From: Limnothrix sp. BL-A-16
GTDB lineage: Bacteria > Cyanobacteriota > Cyanobacteriia > CACIAM-69d
Direction: 5' to 3'
DNA length: 64,000 bases
Assembly (NCBI GenBank): GCA_041937175.2
Contig: CP166615.1
Coordinates: 1,088,001-1,152,000, forward strand
The position numbers and the translations under genes were made by a program. The notes under the pieces were generated by a model. That model saw nothing but the letters and a program-made list of their open reading frames with translations, ran no database searches and was not told the origin of the DNA. This document shows, piece after piece, positions 1-13,000 of the stretch; positions within the stretch are counted from its first letter, which is position 1, and each line of letters begins with the position of its first letter.

Positions 1-1302
1 AAAGAAGGGCTGAATTTCCCGGTTGTTGATGCCCCAAAAATATTCCACATCCCGCACGGGCATACTGTTGCAGATAAAAATTGGGGTGCGATCGGGCAGT
101 GTTTGCGGCAACAGCCAGGCGATTTTGCTTTCCAGACGTTGGGATTGTTCCGCCAGGGCCTGTTTCACGGTGATTTCCAGGGCCCGATCGCCCGCTAGCC
201 AAGTTTGCAAATAATCGGAGGGGGGCAAGTCCGGTTCCGGGGTTTCCCACAGCTCGATCGCCCCCTGGATCGATCGCGTGCGGCCATGGAGCGGATCCAA
301 GTTGCGATCGCCCGGATCCAAAATCCATTGGGGCGCATCGGTTTCCATCAGCCACAGGCGCAGGGTCTTGCTGATTGGTAAGCCCCCCAGCCGCAGCACC
401 ATGGTGGGCCGCAGTTGTTCCCGCTGGTGGGGACTGCGCAACATCAAGTCGTAGTGGGCCACCAAGTGCTGATTCAGGGCCCCAAAATTCCGCAACGGCG
501 AGAGGCCTTCCGCCAACACGGGCCAACCGAGCGATCGCGCCAAGCGTCCCACCGCTGCACAATAGGCCGCCGGATCCGCCGGTTGGGCCGGCCCCGCCAC
601 AATCAGCCCCCGCTCCGTTTGGCGGGCCCCTTGCCAAAACTCCTGCCAGGGCAACCGGGAAAAAGTAATCGGTCGGCGCACCGGCTGCAAATGCCCAAAG
701 AATTCCTGATCATGCCAATTGGCCCGTAGCTGGGCGAGGGCATCGACCACGGCCGGTTCCGGCAAAGGGGGCAACGGATCCCGCAAGGGAACATTCAGAT
801 GCACGGGACCCGGGGCGGAGATCGCCCGTTGGGCCGCCTGGGCCAGGGTTTGGCGCAAGTAGGACAAAAGGTCTAACCGAGGTTCCGGCAGGGCCAATTC
901 TGCCTGCCAAACGGGATACATCCCAAAGAGCTTGAGCTGATCGATCGCCTGGCCCGCCGCACAGTCGCGCAACTCTGGCGGGCGATCGGCCGTGAGCAAC
1001 AACAGGGGCACACCACTTTCGCGAGCCTCAATCACCGCCGGGAAAAAGTTGGCTCCCGCCGTGCCCGATGTGCAAACCACCGCCACCGGCCGGTGCGATC
1101 GCCGGGCCGCCCCCAGGGCCCAAAACGCCCCCGATCGCTCATCCAAAATCGGAATCGCCGTCATTTGCGGATGGCTGGCCAGGGCGATCGTTAACGGGGT
1201 CGATCGGGAGCCTGGGCAAATCACCACCTCCGTCACCCCCACCCGCACCAGCGTTTCCGCCAACACCGAAGCCCACAACGTATTGCGATTCGTGAAATCC
1301 AT
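1..1302 (-). CDS. menD: SEPHCHC synthase MenD (3' end lies outside the window)
   Basis: Manual translation from ATG at 1302: MDFTNRNTLWASVLAETL...VVICPGSRSTPL...DERSGAFWALG...VCTSGTAGANFFPAVIEA...LTADRPPELRDCAAGQAIDQ, the hallmark MenD N-terminal motifs. Absent from the ORF track because it has no stop in the window. Confidence 0.95.
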   Translation of the reverse strand, partial: MDFTNRNTLWASVLAETLVRVGVTEVVICPGSRSTPLTIALASHPQMTAIPILDERSGAFWALGAARRSHRPVAVVCTSGTAGANFFPAVIEARESGVPLLLLTADRPPELRDCAAGQAIDQLKLFGMYPVWQAELALPEPRLDLLSYLRQTLAQAAQRAISAPGPVHLNVPLRDPLPPLPEPAVVDALAQLRANWHDQEFFGHLQPVRRPITFSRLPWQEFWQGARQTERGLIVAGPAQPADPAAYCAAVGRLARSLGWPVLAEGLSPLRNFGALNQHLVAHYDLMLRSPHQREQLRPTMVLRLGGLPISKTLRLWLMETDAPQWILDPGDRNLDPLHGRTRSIQGAIELWETPEPDLPPSDYLQTWLAGDRALEITVKQALAEQSQRLESKIAWLLPQTLPDRTPIFICNSMPVRDVEYFWGINNREIQPFF

Positions 1303-1344
1303 CCCCAAGATCAAACCCCTATCCAACCGCGCATGACCCGCGTG

Positions 1345-2692
1345 TTGACACTCCCCGTCCTAAAGGGACAGGGATTCTTGATTCTACGAGGTTGCTTGCC
1401 TTGACAGGGTTTCCCCAACCAAAGTAGAGGCATCCTCTCCCCAAGCGTTGCACGGTTCAAGACCGTAGCTTCCGGTATGCCCTACCGTAGCCAATCCCCG
1501 ACTGAGGATATTTCTAGCTGCATTGTGGTCACGATTAAGGACAGCTCCGCACCAACAAATATGCGTCCTTGTTGACAGTCCTTTCTTGACAATCGCGCCA
1601 CAGCTAGAGCATTCCTGGCTTGTGTAGTGAGGCGGGACAGCAACGGTGATTTTGCCAAACACTTTGCCAAAATATTCCAGCCACACTCTGAACTGATACC
1701 AGGATGCATCGTTAATCGACTTGGCAAGGCAGTGATTCTGCACCATGTTTTTGATTCTCAAATCTTCGTAGACGATCAAGTCGTTAGACTGAACTACGCA
1801 CCGTGCCAATTTCACAGCATGGTCTTTACGCTGCCTACTTATCTTGAGATGGCGCTTGCCTAAAATCACCCTTGCCTTGCGACGATTGCTTGACCCTTTA
1901 ACCTTTCTGATAACCCTCCTTTGAGCCTGCTTGATCCGTTGCTCTCCCCTGCGAAGAAAGCGCGGATTTTCCGCTCTGTCGCCATCCTGAGTGACGTAGA
2001 AATCGTTGAGTCCTACATCTAACCCAACCGCCTTACCAGAAGGCTGGACTACTTCAAAGCGTTCAACAGATACGGAAAATTGAACATAGTACCCATCTGC
2101 ACGTTTTACCAGTCTAACCCGCTTGATTTGGTTAGGTTGGTAAAAATGCAAATCACGAGTTCCCTTCAGTTTCAATCTGCCAATCTGCTTACCATCGGTG
2201 AACGTGATTGATTTACGATCCTCCGCTAGTTTCCACCCAGTCGTTTTGTATTCCACTGAGCGAACGTCTTTCTTAAATTGCGGAAAACCTTTCTTGCCTG
2301 GGATCTGCTTTTTGCAGTTCTCATAAAACCGTGAGATCGCAGACCAAGTGCGTTCTGCCGATGCTTGACGAGCCATTGAGTTGAGTTCATTGGCAAACGG
2401 AAATTCTTTTGCCAGCACCGCACAGTACTTGTTGAGGTCGTATTTAGACAAGCCTTTATTGTCCATCCAATAGCGTAAGCACTTGTTTTGGATGAACTTG
2501 GCAGTCCTCAACGCCTCATCAATAGCGCTGAACTGAGCAGGCTTTCCGTAGACTTTGAACTCAAGAATTAGCATATTCGCATTATAGCTTATGCTGACCT
2601 GCTTGGCATAAGAATGACGGGCACTAAAGTACCCCTGTCGCCTTTTATCCTTGCGCTAAAGAGACAAGGTTTTCATGCTCCCGTGCGACCTG
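1345..2692 (-). mobile_element. IS200/IS605-family element carrying tnpB only (IS1341-like, no tnpA)
   Basis: On the minus strand the left end follows TTAT (2696-2693) and has subterminal hairpins (CCTTGTCTCTTTAGCGCAAGG; GGGTACTTTAGTGCCC). The right end reads AGAATCCCTGTCCCTTTAGGACGGGGAGTGTCAA and finishes in TCAA at 1345. No perfect HIP1 seen inside. Confidence 0.85.
1384..2574 (-). CDS. tnpB: RNA-guided endonuclease TnpB
   Basis: RuvC motifs GLDVG, VYEDL and NRDHNAARNI, plus a zinc finger CSSC...CWC. 396 aa, uninterrupted. Confidence 0.95.
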   Translation of the reverse strand: MLILEFKVYGKPAQFSAIDEALRTAKFIQNKCLRYWMDNKGLSKYDLNKYCAVLAKEFPFANELNSMARQASAERTWSAISRFYENCKKQIPGKKGFPQFKKDVRSVEYKTTGWKLAEDRKSITFTDGKQIGRLKLKGTRDLHFYQPNQIKRVRLVKRADGYYVQFSVSVERFEVVQPSGKAVGLDVGLNDFYVTQDGDRAENPRFLRRGEQRIKQAQRRVIRKVKGSSNRRKARVILGKRHLKISRQRKDHAVKLARCVVQSNDLIVYEDLRIKNMVQNHCLAKSINDASWYQFRVWLEYFGKVFGKITVAVPPHYTSQECSSCGAIVKKGLSTRTHICWCGAVLNRDHNAARNILSRGLATVGHTGSYGLEPCNAWGEDASTLVGETLSRQATS

Positions 2693-2848
2693 ATAACCTT
2701 ACTGCTGTCTAGGCTTTCTAGGTTATCTAGACCGCGCAGGTTCTTGGATCTCATTTCCCCTTGGATCTTGGATGTTGCATCTGGGATCTGGGGGTTGGTC
2801 TTGGGCCGCACAACCCTCGCCCCTTTCTTACACCTTCGGCATACCGCC

Positions 2849-3379
2849 ATGAAACTGCTCGACTCACAGGGCCGCCTCCTTGGCAAACTCAGCATTTTAG
2901 ACCTCGGTGCAGGCCTGGTTATCCTGCTTGTGCTGGTTGGGATCTTCTTGGTGCCCGGAACCGGCGGCTCCGTGGCCCAAGTGGGCGCAGTGAAACAAAT
3001 GGTCGAAATTGACGCGGTGGCTCGGGGTCTTTCCATTCGGGATCCGCAAACCGTGATCCAAGAAATGACCAGTTCCGGCAAAACCAACGTGATTATTCGG
3101 AACCAGCCCTACGGCAGCATCACTGTTAAATCGGTGCAAACCCTCACCCGCACTACCCTGGTTCCCCAACCCGATGGCACGGTGAAGGCCCTGCCGGATC
3201 CGCGCTCTGATTTGTATAACAGTGACCTGTATTTGACCCTCAGCGGCGAGGCCACCATGACGGAAAATGGGCCCGTTCTGGGGAATAACAAGCTCAAAAT
3301 CGGCATTCCTGTGGAATTGGAAGGAAAGGCCTATAACTTCAATGCCAGCGTGATTGATGTGCGGTTGCTGAAGAAATAG
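2849..3379 (+). CDS. DUF4330-family membrane-anchored protein
   Basis: MKLLDSQGRLLGKLSILDLGA followed by a TM helix and IIRNQPYG, typical of this cyanobacterial family. Start moved to ATG 2849. Confidence 0.75.
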   Translation: MKLLDSQGRLLGKLSILDLGAGLVILLVLVGIFLVPGTGGSVAQVGAVKQMVEIDAVARGLSIRDPQTVIQEMTSSGKTNVIIRNQPYGSITVKSVQTLTRTTLVPQPDGTVKALPDPRSDLYNSDLYLTLSGEATMTENGPVLGNNKLKIGIPVELEGKAYNFNASVIDVRLLKK

Positions 3380-3405
3380 GTTTGTTTTTTCGGTTATCGA
3401 TTTCT

Positions 3406-3490
3406 AAATGATTGATTTCTGAATGATCAACTTCTGAATAATTGATTTCTGAATGATCAACTTCTGAATGATCAACTTCTGAATGATCGA
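3406..3490. repeat. 15-bp tandem repeat (GAATGATCAACTTCT-like, about 5.5 copies)
   Basis: Directly visible repeated units. Confidence 0.9.
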
Positions 3491-3538
3491 TCGAACCCAT
3501 TCCGTCCATCAGCGCGATCGAGGCAATCGCCCCCATAA

Positions 3539-5194
<1,656 letters not shown>

Positions 5195-5277
5195 CGATCA
5201 CTTGCTGCCATCTGATTGCTGATTGATGCGCGGATTGCCTCGCCGGTCGCGTTGCAGCGATCTCGTGGCTGGTGATC

Positions 5278-5318
5278 AAGTCCCTCTCTCAAGTCGGGAG
5301 AGGGATTTAGGGTGAGGG
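5278..5318. repeat. Cyanobacterial small dispersed hairpin repeat
   Basis: TCCCTCTCTC-aagtc-GGGAGAGGGA-TTTAGGGTGAGGG resembles the widespread cyanobacterial intergenic hairpin repeat. Lies downstream of pgm. Confidence 0.6.
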
Positions 5319-5804
5319 TCTTGATTGATGCAAGAGGCCTATGCCAATTGTTTTGTGCATCAGCCCAAGAAACCATCCCTCAATTTGGCTGCACTGGCGA
5401 TTGAGCTGCCCGCTTAACCCGAACTGATGTTAAACCAGGGCAGCGATCGCGCGATCGGGAACGACAACACCGCCGTCAGCGTCCCCAGCCCTAACCCGGA
5501 TCCGCAAAGACCGCCACCAATGGCACGATCTCTGGGGGGAAACTTCTCAGGGCGATCGTGCTGATTTGTCCGCCAATGCCAGTCATTATTCAAGACTGGA
5601 CTCTACAGGCTGGAATCTGAAATTCAAGGCCGGAATTCAAGGCTGAGTTCAGTGGGAGCACAAGTCGTGCTCAAGTTTCTGGAGGAACTGGTTGCACACC
5701 ATGAACGAATTAGCCCCCACAGCGGTCTAATTCAAGGCTCAAAGGCTAAACAGTCCCTAGGCTAACCAGTTCCGGAACTATTCATCGATTAGGAGTTTGT
5801 AATC

Positions 5805-6530
5805 ATGGCTATTGGCCCTAACCCCCCGTTTTACGATCTCGACGATGCCAACAACTTTTTCTCCACTAGTTCGCTGTCGGCGGAAGTGCTCCGCACCACC
5901 CCGGCAGGCGTGCGAGGTTTGGGGGGCGATGACCAAATCACCGGCAGTGCCCAAGCGGACATCATCTACGGCAACCTGGGCAACGACAGCCTTTATGGTT
6001 TGGGGGGCAATGACACTTTCTATGGTGGTCAAGGTGATGACCTGTTGGTGGGTGATGGCCTCAATTCCACTGGGGATGACGTACTCAGCGGCAACAAGGG
6101 CAATGACCTGATTTTGGGTGGCGTGGGTAACGATATCCTGCGGGGGGGTCAGGATAACGATTTCCTGAATGGCGAAGAGGGCAACGATACCCTGGTGGGC
6201 GACTTGGGCCAAGACACCCTGGTGGGTGGGGCTGGCGATGACCTATTGGTGTTGCGACGGGACGCGGCGGCGGTGGCCGATGCCAGCGGGGCGATCGCGG
6301 CGGATTTCATCGTGGATTTTGGCACCGGGAACGATCGCATCGGTTTGACCGGTGGCTTGCAGGAAAGTCAACTGCAACTGCTGGCAATCACTTTGAACGA
6401 CTCCGGCGGTGGCTCCACGCCCAGTACGGCGATTACGTTCAACGACAATGGGGTTTTCAAAACCTTGGGTCTGGTGTTGGGTAAAACGCCCACCGAGCTG
6501 GCCGGTAAGTTCGTGAATACGGACTTTTAA
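5805..6530 (+). CDS. RTX/hemolysin-type calcium-binding repeat protein
   Basis: Many GGxGxDxLx nonapeptides and a DFGTGNDRIGL motif. Confidence 0.9.
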   Translation: MAIGPNPPFYDLDDANNFFSTSSLSAEVLRTTPAGVRGLGGDDQITGSAQADIIYGNLGNDSLYGLGGNDTFYGGQGDDLLVGDGLNSTGDDVLSGNKGNDLILGGVGNDILRGGQDNDFLNGEEGNDTLVGDLGQDTLVGGAGDDLLVLRRDAAAVADASGAIAADFIVDFGTGNDRIGLTGGLQESQLQLLAITLNDSGGGSTPSTAITFNDNGVFKTLGLVLGKTPTELAGKFVNTDF

Positions 6531-6604
6531 GCCGACTTTTAAGCCGACCTTGTAGCCGACTTTCTAACCAACCTTTCGGCCAGTTTTTTAGGCTCAGGGT
6601 TCCG

Positions 6605-6665
6605 CTGATGGCACTAATACCTAATGGGATCAATACCTGATGGCACTAATACCTAATGGGATCAA
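6605..6665. repeat. 32-bp tandem duplication
   Basis: CTGATGGCACTAATACCTAATGGGATCAA at 6605 and 6637. Confidence 0.9.
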
Positions 6666-6694
6666 CACCAAACCGGTGGCGTTAGTGGCCAATG

Positions 6695-6755
6695 GCGGGT
6701 AAGGGGCAAGTTGCGGGCAAGGGGCAAGTTGCGGGCAAGGGGCTTAAGCCCCTTG
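6695..6755. repeat. REP-like palindrome CAAGGGGCTTAAGCCCCTTG (6736-6755) preceded by 18-bp repeats of its left arm
   Basis: Perfect 20-bp palindrome. GCGGG(C/T)AAGGGGC recurs at 6695, 6713 and 6731. Confidence 0.9.
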
Positions 6756-6758
6756 TCT

Positions 6759-7211
6759 TCAGGATTCGCTCAGTAGCTCTCGGGCCCAGGCTTCTTCCTC
6801 CGGCAGCTCGTCTAAAGAGGGCCGGGTTTCCCGCAGTTCGATCGCGGCGGGAGTTGCGATCGATCGGGGGCTAGTGCGGTTCTTGGGGCGCAGTGCGCGT
6901 TCGGCCTCTTCCGCGCTGGCACGGGCTTGATGCAAGAGCTTGTTGCAGCGCTCCCAGGGATTCGATCCATTCAGGGCCTCAAGCTGGCTGCTGCGTTCGT
7001 TGGCCACGGTGGCCAGGGCGCGCAACACGGCAGAAAATTGGATGCCTTCGCGATCGAGGGTATCCAGCATGGGGCGTAACAATTCGCACAACAGGGTGTT
7101 GCGGTGTTCAGCAATCAACGCGCCGAGTTCGCTGGTGTTAATTGCGTCGCTAATGCTTTCGGGTAAATGTTGCATAGCTTTGTGGGCAATAGCGGAGCTG
7201 TCAAGTTTCAT
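6759..7211 (-). CDS. Hypothetical helical protein
   Basis: 150-aa ORF with protein-like amphipathic composition. No family recognised. Confidence 0.6.
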   Translation of the reverse strand: MKLDSSAIAHKAMQHLPESISDAINTSELGALIAEHRNTLLCELLRPMLDTLDREGIQFSAVLRALATVANERSSQLEALNGSNPWERCNKLLHQARASAEEAERALRPKNRTSPRSIATPAAIELRETRPSLDELPEEEAWARELLSES

Positions 7212-7995
7212 GCGATTTTCATGCGATTTTCAAAAATTCCTCATGAATCGCCGGTTGATGCACCCTCGAAACACGGTTAACGCCACTTTGCGTTTGCGCT
7301 CAAAACCGATCACAGGCGATCGAGCACGATCGGTGAGCGATCGGTTAGAGACCCATTAGCGATCAACTCCACGATCGGCTACTTAACCCTGACGGTTGCC
7401 CCGGATGCTGCCAGGAATGGAGCAGCGGGTTGGTAATCCCGAACGAAGCAGCCTTGCGCTGGCAATGGCAGGCTACCGGGAGTTGCACCAGTCCTGTCCG
7501 TATAGTTGGGACAAATTTGGGCGATCGTCGATACAGAGATTACCTATCTCTTTCTCTAAGGTACAGTGCCGATCGGGAAAATTCCGTGCAAATCAGCCAG
7601 AAGGAGAATTCCGCACAAGGGGCGATGGATGATTGGCGGCTCCGGGCGATCGGCCCCGTTGCCCAACTCCAATTTCGTCACCCAAGCTCCCTCCCAAGCC
7701 CCATGCATTGCCTCATCCGTCTCCCCTGTATCACCTCGTACATCACCCCAGTCATACCATTCCCCACCTGCCAAAAATCTGATCAAAATCCCTGGGATCG
7801 ATTGGACGCGCAATTTGGGCTGATATGGTGAATAATTGTGGATTCGACAGGCTTCGGCACAGACCGCAGCGGTTTGCCTGGGCCCCAAGCCTGAACGTCC
7901 TTGGCTGTTTGTTGACTGGTTTTTGTTTGACTGGTTTTTGTTTGACTCTGCTAACCCCTTAACCCCTCGCTTCAACGGCACTGCAACTGCAAGCT

Positions 7996-9318
7996 ATGGC
8001 TGGAAAACCCACAATCGCCGTTACTCACCTCGGTTGCGAAAAAAATCGCATTGACACCGAGCATATGATGGGCCTGCTGGCCCAGGCAGGCTATGACGTG
8101 AGTGCCAACGACGATGCGGCAGACTACGCGATCGTCAACACCTGTAGCTTCATCCAAGAGGCGCGGGAAGAGTCGGTGCGCACCTTGGTTTCGCTGGCGG
8201 AAGCGGGCAAACGAATTGTGATCACGGGCTGCATGGCTCAACACTTTCGGGACACCCTTTTGGATGAAATTCCGGAAGCCGTGGCCGTGGTGGGTACGGG
8301 CGACTATCACAAGATTGTGGATGTGGTGCAGCGAACGGAAGCGGGCGAGCGCGTTCAGGAAATTTCCGAAGAACCAACTTACATTGCCGATGAGACCGTC
8401 CCTCGCTATCGCACCACGGCCGAAGGCACGGCCTACCTGCGGGTGGCGGAGGGGTGTGACTACCGCTGTGCTTTTTGCATCATTCCCCACTTGCGGGGCG
8501 ATCAGCGATCGCGCTCGATCGAGTCGATCGTGGCCGAAGCCCACAAGCTGGCCGATGAAGGGGTGCAAGAGCTGATCTTGATTTCCCAAATCACCACCAA
8601 CTACGGCCTAGACCGCTATGGCAAACCCAAGCTGGCGGAGCTGTTGCGGGCCCTCGGCGAAGTGGACATTCCTTGGGTGCGAATCCACTATGCCTATCCC
8701 ACGGGGCTAACGGAATCGGTGATTGCAGCGATTCGGGAAACGCCGAATATCCTGCCCTATATTGATTTGCCGCTCCAGCATTCCCACCCGGAGGTGCTGC
8801 GATCGATGAATCGCCCCTGGCAGGCCAATGTGAACGATCGGCTCTTGGCCCAAATTCGCGAGCAATTGCCCAATGCCGTCATGCGCACCACGTTTATTGT
8901 GGGCTTCCCCGGCGAAACCGAAGAGCACTTCGAGCATCTGTGCGACTTTGTGCAGCGCCATGAATTTGACCATGTGGGGGTGTTCACCTTCTCGCCCGAG
9001 GAGGGAACCGCCGCGTTTGATTTGCCCAACCAACTCCCGCAGGAAGTGATGGATGGTCGGCGCGATCGACTGATGGCCCTGCAACAACCCATTTCCCTGA
9101 AGCGAAATCAGGCCTACGTTGGCCAAACGGTGGATGTGCTGATTGAGCAGGTGAACCCGAAAACGGGACAATTCTTGGGCCGATCGGCTCGGTATTCTCC
9201 CGATGTGGATGGTTTAGTCTACGTCACCGGGCCGGCTCGCTTGGGGGCGATCGTCCCGGTCACCATCACCGCCGCCGAACCCTACGACCTATTTGGCGAG
9301 GTCGCCGTCTCCGCCTAA
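7996..9318 (+). CDS. rimO: Ribosomal protein S12 methylthiotransferase RimO
   Basis: [17 protein letters not shown], radical SAM motif CDYRCAFC and a C-terminal TRAM domain (PDVDG). Confidence 0.96.
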   Translation: MAGKPTIAVTHLGCEKNRIDTEHMMGLLAQAGYDVSANDDAADYAIVNTCSFIQEAREESVRTLVSLAEAGKRIVITGCMAQHFRDTLLDEIPEAVAVVGTGDYHKIVDVVQRTEAGERVQEISEEPTYIADETVPRYRTTAEGTAYLRVAEGCDYRCAFCIIPHLRGDQRSRSIESIVAEAHKLADEGVQELILISQITTNYGLDRYGKPKLAELLRALGEVDIPWVRIHYAYPTGLTESVIAAIRETPNILPYIDLPLQHSHPEVLRSMNRPWQANVNDRLLAQIREQLPNAVMRTTFIVGFPGETEEHFEHLCDFVQRHEFDHVGVFTFSPEEGTAAFDLPNQLPQEVMDGRRDRLMALQQPISLKRNQAYVGQTVDVLIEQVNPKTGQFLGRSARYSPDVDGLVYVTGPARLGAIVPVTITAAEPYDLFGEVAVSA

Positions 9319-9508
9319 AGAATTTGCCCCACCAGCTCTACTCAAACCCAAGGGCGATCGCTCAAAATTGAAAAGCGCGCGGGCTTGCTTCCCACAGAAG
9401 TCAGTCCTCGCCGTTTCAGCCCATTCACCGCCCATCGGACTCCCACCGCGATTGCCCGATCGGAGCGTGGGTGGATCAATCGGGGTGTGTCCCCAAGGAT
9501 GAGGAATT

Positions 9509-9874
9509 GTGGTTTCTTTTTTGATCGTGGCCGTCGTGATTGCCGTCGGCCTGATTGTGCTGACCTATTTGCCGTTTGGTGTAGAAGTCGATAGCCCTTG
9601 GAAGGCCTTGATCGCCGGTATTGTTTTGGGTGTTTTACAGGGGCTGGCGCGGGCTGTTCCTGGCTGGCTTACCTTCTTACCTAAGTTGCTCACGCTGGGC
9701 TTGTTTTCTTTAATTGTTAGCACCTTGCTGTTTGGTTTGGCTGCTTGGTTGGTCGAAGGTTTCCGCCTCAAAAACGGTTTTTGGAGCGCCTTGCTGGGGG
9801 CAGTTTTTATTAGCATCTTCCAATCTTTGGTGCTTGGAGTTCTGGGAAATTTCCTGCCTGTTCTCAACCAATAG
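9509..9874 (+). CDS. 4-TM membrane protein (YvlD / 'phage holin family')
   Basis: Four hydrophobic helices with GVEVDS...LLTLGLF...VEGF...FWSALLGA. Confidence 0.8.
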   Translation: MVSFLIVAVVIAVGLIVLTYLPFGVEVDSPWKALIAGIVLGVLQGLARAVPGWLTFLPKLLTLGLFSLIVSTLLFGLAAWLVEGFRLKNGFWSALLGAVFISIFQSLVLGVLGNFLPVLNQ

Positions 9875-9954
9875 TGTTGCTAGAGTTGTCAGGAAATTAG
9901 AAGTGATTACCCAGTTTCCAAAGCTCTGATTCTTTTGCTGCAAAGCCATGGGAG

Positions 9955-10050
9955 ACAAGGGGCTTAAGCCCCTTGTTTGCGCTGGTTAGCCGATCGAACT
10001 GGCTGCCCCCAAACTCCGGCCGGCGGGACAAGGGGCTTAAGCCCCTTGTC
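9955..10050. repeat. Two copies of the REP-like palindrome (9956-9975, 10029-10048)
   Basis: Exact CAAGGGGCTTAAGCCCCTTG twice, between convergent genes. Confidence 0.9.
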
Positions 10051-10082
10051 TGTGCTAGATTTCTGCCGTTAAATGTTTCGTT

Positions 10083-13000
10083 TCAATCCTGATCAGAACT
10101 GGGATCTTGATTGGGTAAGTCATCGCTAGCCAACACCCAAGTATTGCGACCCAGAGACTTGGCTTGGTAGAGGGCCCGATCGGCCGCTTGCACCAAATCT
10201 TGGCACGAGCGATCGAGCTGAGGAACTTGGCTGGCAATTCCCAAACTCACCGTCACATAACGGGTTGTCCCTTGGTGCTCTGAGTGGAAAATTTGCAGAT
10301 TCAAAACAGCTTGGCGAATCAGTTCGGCAATTTGGGTTGCACCGCCAGAATCAGTATGGGGCAACACCACCACAAACTCTTCACCGCCATACCGCGCCAC
10401 CAAATCCGTATTGCGCTGGAGCAATCCATCAATCGATCGGGCAATGCTGATCAGACACTGATCACCGGCTGGATGGCCATGCAAATCGTTATATTTTTTG
10501 AAAAAATCCACATCAAATAAAATCAGCGAGAGCGGTTCTTGAATTCGCTGACACCGTTGCCATTCCTGTTGCAAAACCACATCAAAACAACGGCGATTAG
10601 CAATTTGTGTGAGGCCATCTCGGTTGCTCAGGTCATTGAGCTTACTGTTAATTTCTTCCAAAAAATGATTGGCTTGCTGGAGCTGTTCCGCTTGCGATCG
10701 AAACTGTTCCAACAATTCAGAATGTTGAATCGCGATCGCCAACTGATCTGCCACCTGTTGCAACAATTCGGCTTCATCCCCTTGCCAAGAACGGGAATTA
10801 GCACAGGCCTGCACAATCAAAAGTCCCCAAACATGGGATTCACCATGGGGCAAAGTGCCCACAATGGCAGCCATCACTTGAGATTGTGCTCCCGTAGCTT
10901 CCATCAAGCGTGCTAAGTGCATTTGAGGGCGATCGCTCGGAATTTCTTGAATAATCTGTGTCCGAGGCGCAAATTCTGCACTAGACCGTGACCATAGGGA
11001 ATTGGTTTTGGGCCACTGCCGATCGCGCATGGAGGGATAGTCTGTTTTCACCACTTCTTGAATAATTGATCCTGAATTATCCCCATGGAAACGCAGGATA
11101 AAAGTGCGATCGGCTTGCAGGGTTCGATGCACTTCCGTAACCGCAATATCCAAGATTTCACTCAGATCAAGACTACTTTGAATGTGTTGGGTAATGGAAC
11201 GCAAGGTTCGTTCCCGATCGGCCTGTTGGCGAAGGGCAATTTGCGCTCGCTTGAGATGAGTAATATCCCGCGCCACTACCAACACCGACTCAATGACCAC
11301 CGGATTAACCATCACGTTGGATGATTGAGACTCAGACTTTTCAGAATTGACCCAATGAGGCAAATTCAACACAGAACCGCCTATGAAATCTTGAAGATTT
11401 TCGAGGCTGTTCCAACTGGGTACGGCTACAGAAAGACCGAAACGTTCTCGATCCAAAATTGGAGTTTGTATTACTTCCGGTACTACCCAGGACTGGAAAA
11501 TATGGTCACCATCCGGCAATGACATTTCATATTCTAAAAAAGCCTTCTGACCAGTTTCCAAAACGGTTTGTATGCCCTCATGCCACATTTGAACTAAATC
11601 TTCTGGAAATCCTAATTCTGCGCTGGTTTTGCCAATGAAATCTTGCTCAGAAATTCTACAAAGTTGTAAAACTGTGCGATTGACATAGAGAAAGCGTCCT
11701 TCCCGATCGCACCGCATAATGCAATCCGGTGAATTTTCTGCCAGATTACGAAATTCTTGCTCCCGCTGATTGAGGGCCACCTCTGCAAACTTGCGATCGC
11801 TGATATCCTCGATCGTTCCTACCATCCGGACTGGCTCCCCTTGTCCGTTCCAAACCGCCTGTCCGCGAATTCGCACCCAAATATAATGACCTTGGGTATG
11901 TTGAAATCGCACTTCAATGTCATAGCGTTCATAGCTTTGGAGATGGGCTGTCAACGCTTGTTCCCAATGTTCTTGATCCTCGGGATGAATTTTTTTGAAA
12001 AAAGCAGTCTCAGGAAAAAGTTGTGTTGATTGCAGTCCCTGATGTTCTTCACCCAACAATTCTAAATAGCGCTCCGACACCAAAATTGAATCATCCAAAA
12101 TATTCCAATCCCAAACACCTTCGCCAATACTTTGAATTGCGAGATTATACAGATCATTAATGATTTTCAAATCATCTGCTAAGCGTTGTTGATTGGTGAT
12201 GTTGATATGAAATTTAGTGACACGCCAGCCATTAATCTCAGATTCCCATTGGGATGTGCCGGTGAGCATTGCCCAACGCCACTCTCCATTTCGGTGTAAA
12301 AACCGATAGCTAAATTGAAAAGTTTCTTCTGCCCAGATACTTTCAAAATGAGGCAAAACAATCTTCTGGAGATCCTCCGGATGGACAATCGATAGCCACA
12401 GTTGATTATTAGCTAAAAATTCAGAAGGATGATAGCCAAATAGATCTTCACATCCAGCCGAGCAATAATCATAACGATGGCTGTTGTTGGAGAAAACATA
12501 GGCGCTCATAATGGCCGCAGCCGTGTTGCTTAAAACTGCGTTGAGCTTGATTTCCGATTCACGAAGTGCGCGCTCTAAATATACCCGCTCAGTTACATCC
12601 CAAAAGATGCCTTGAATACCGATGATCTGGCCATCGCTGTCACGAACGGGAGTCTTAACCACCTGCACAAGACTCAATTCAGAACCGTCTTGATTTTTGC
12701 CCAATAATGGGTGGGGTTCAATGACATCTAAAATATGTCCGGTTTCCAAAACCCAGCGTGTTTCTTGGCTGTAGCGATTGGCTAAATCATAGGGGTATAA
12801 GTCATAAACGGTTTTGCCAAAAATCTCGGCATCTGACAAATTTAGGAGGTCTAAAAATGCCTGATTAGCAAAGGTGCAATGCCCCTGGCAATCCTCTCGA
12901 AAAAGGGATTGTGGCAATACGTTGGCTAAGGATTGATAGTGAGCGTTGCTGCGGCGCAGGGCTTCTTCTGTGGCTTTGCGATCGGTGATATCAATGTAAG

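Noticed and set aside
2675..2848. N-terminal extension of the DUF4330 ORF as given in the track
   Set aside because: It begins inside the IS left end, and family similarity starts at ATG 2849.
7212..7995. Several 70-140 aa ORFs between the hypothetical gene and rimO
   Set aside because: They overlap on both strands with no recognisable motifs and are partly built from tandem repeats. Treated as intergenic.
9509..9874. Prophage suggested by a 'phage holin family' protein
   Set aside because: The family is commonly chromosomal in cyanobacteria, and no endolysin, structural or integrase genes are nearby.
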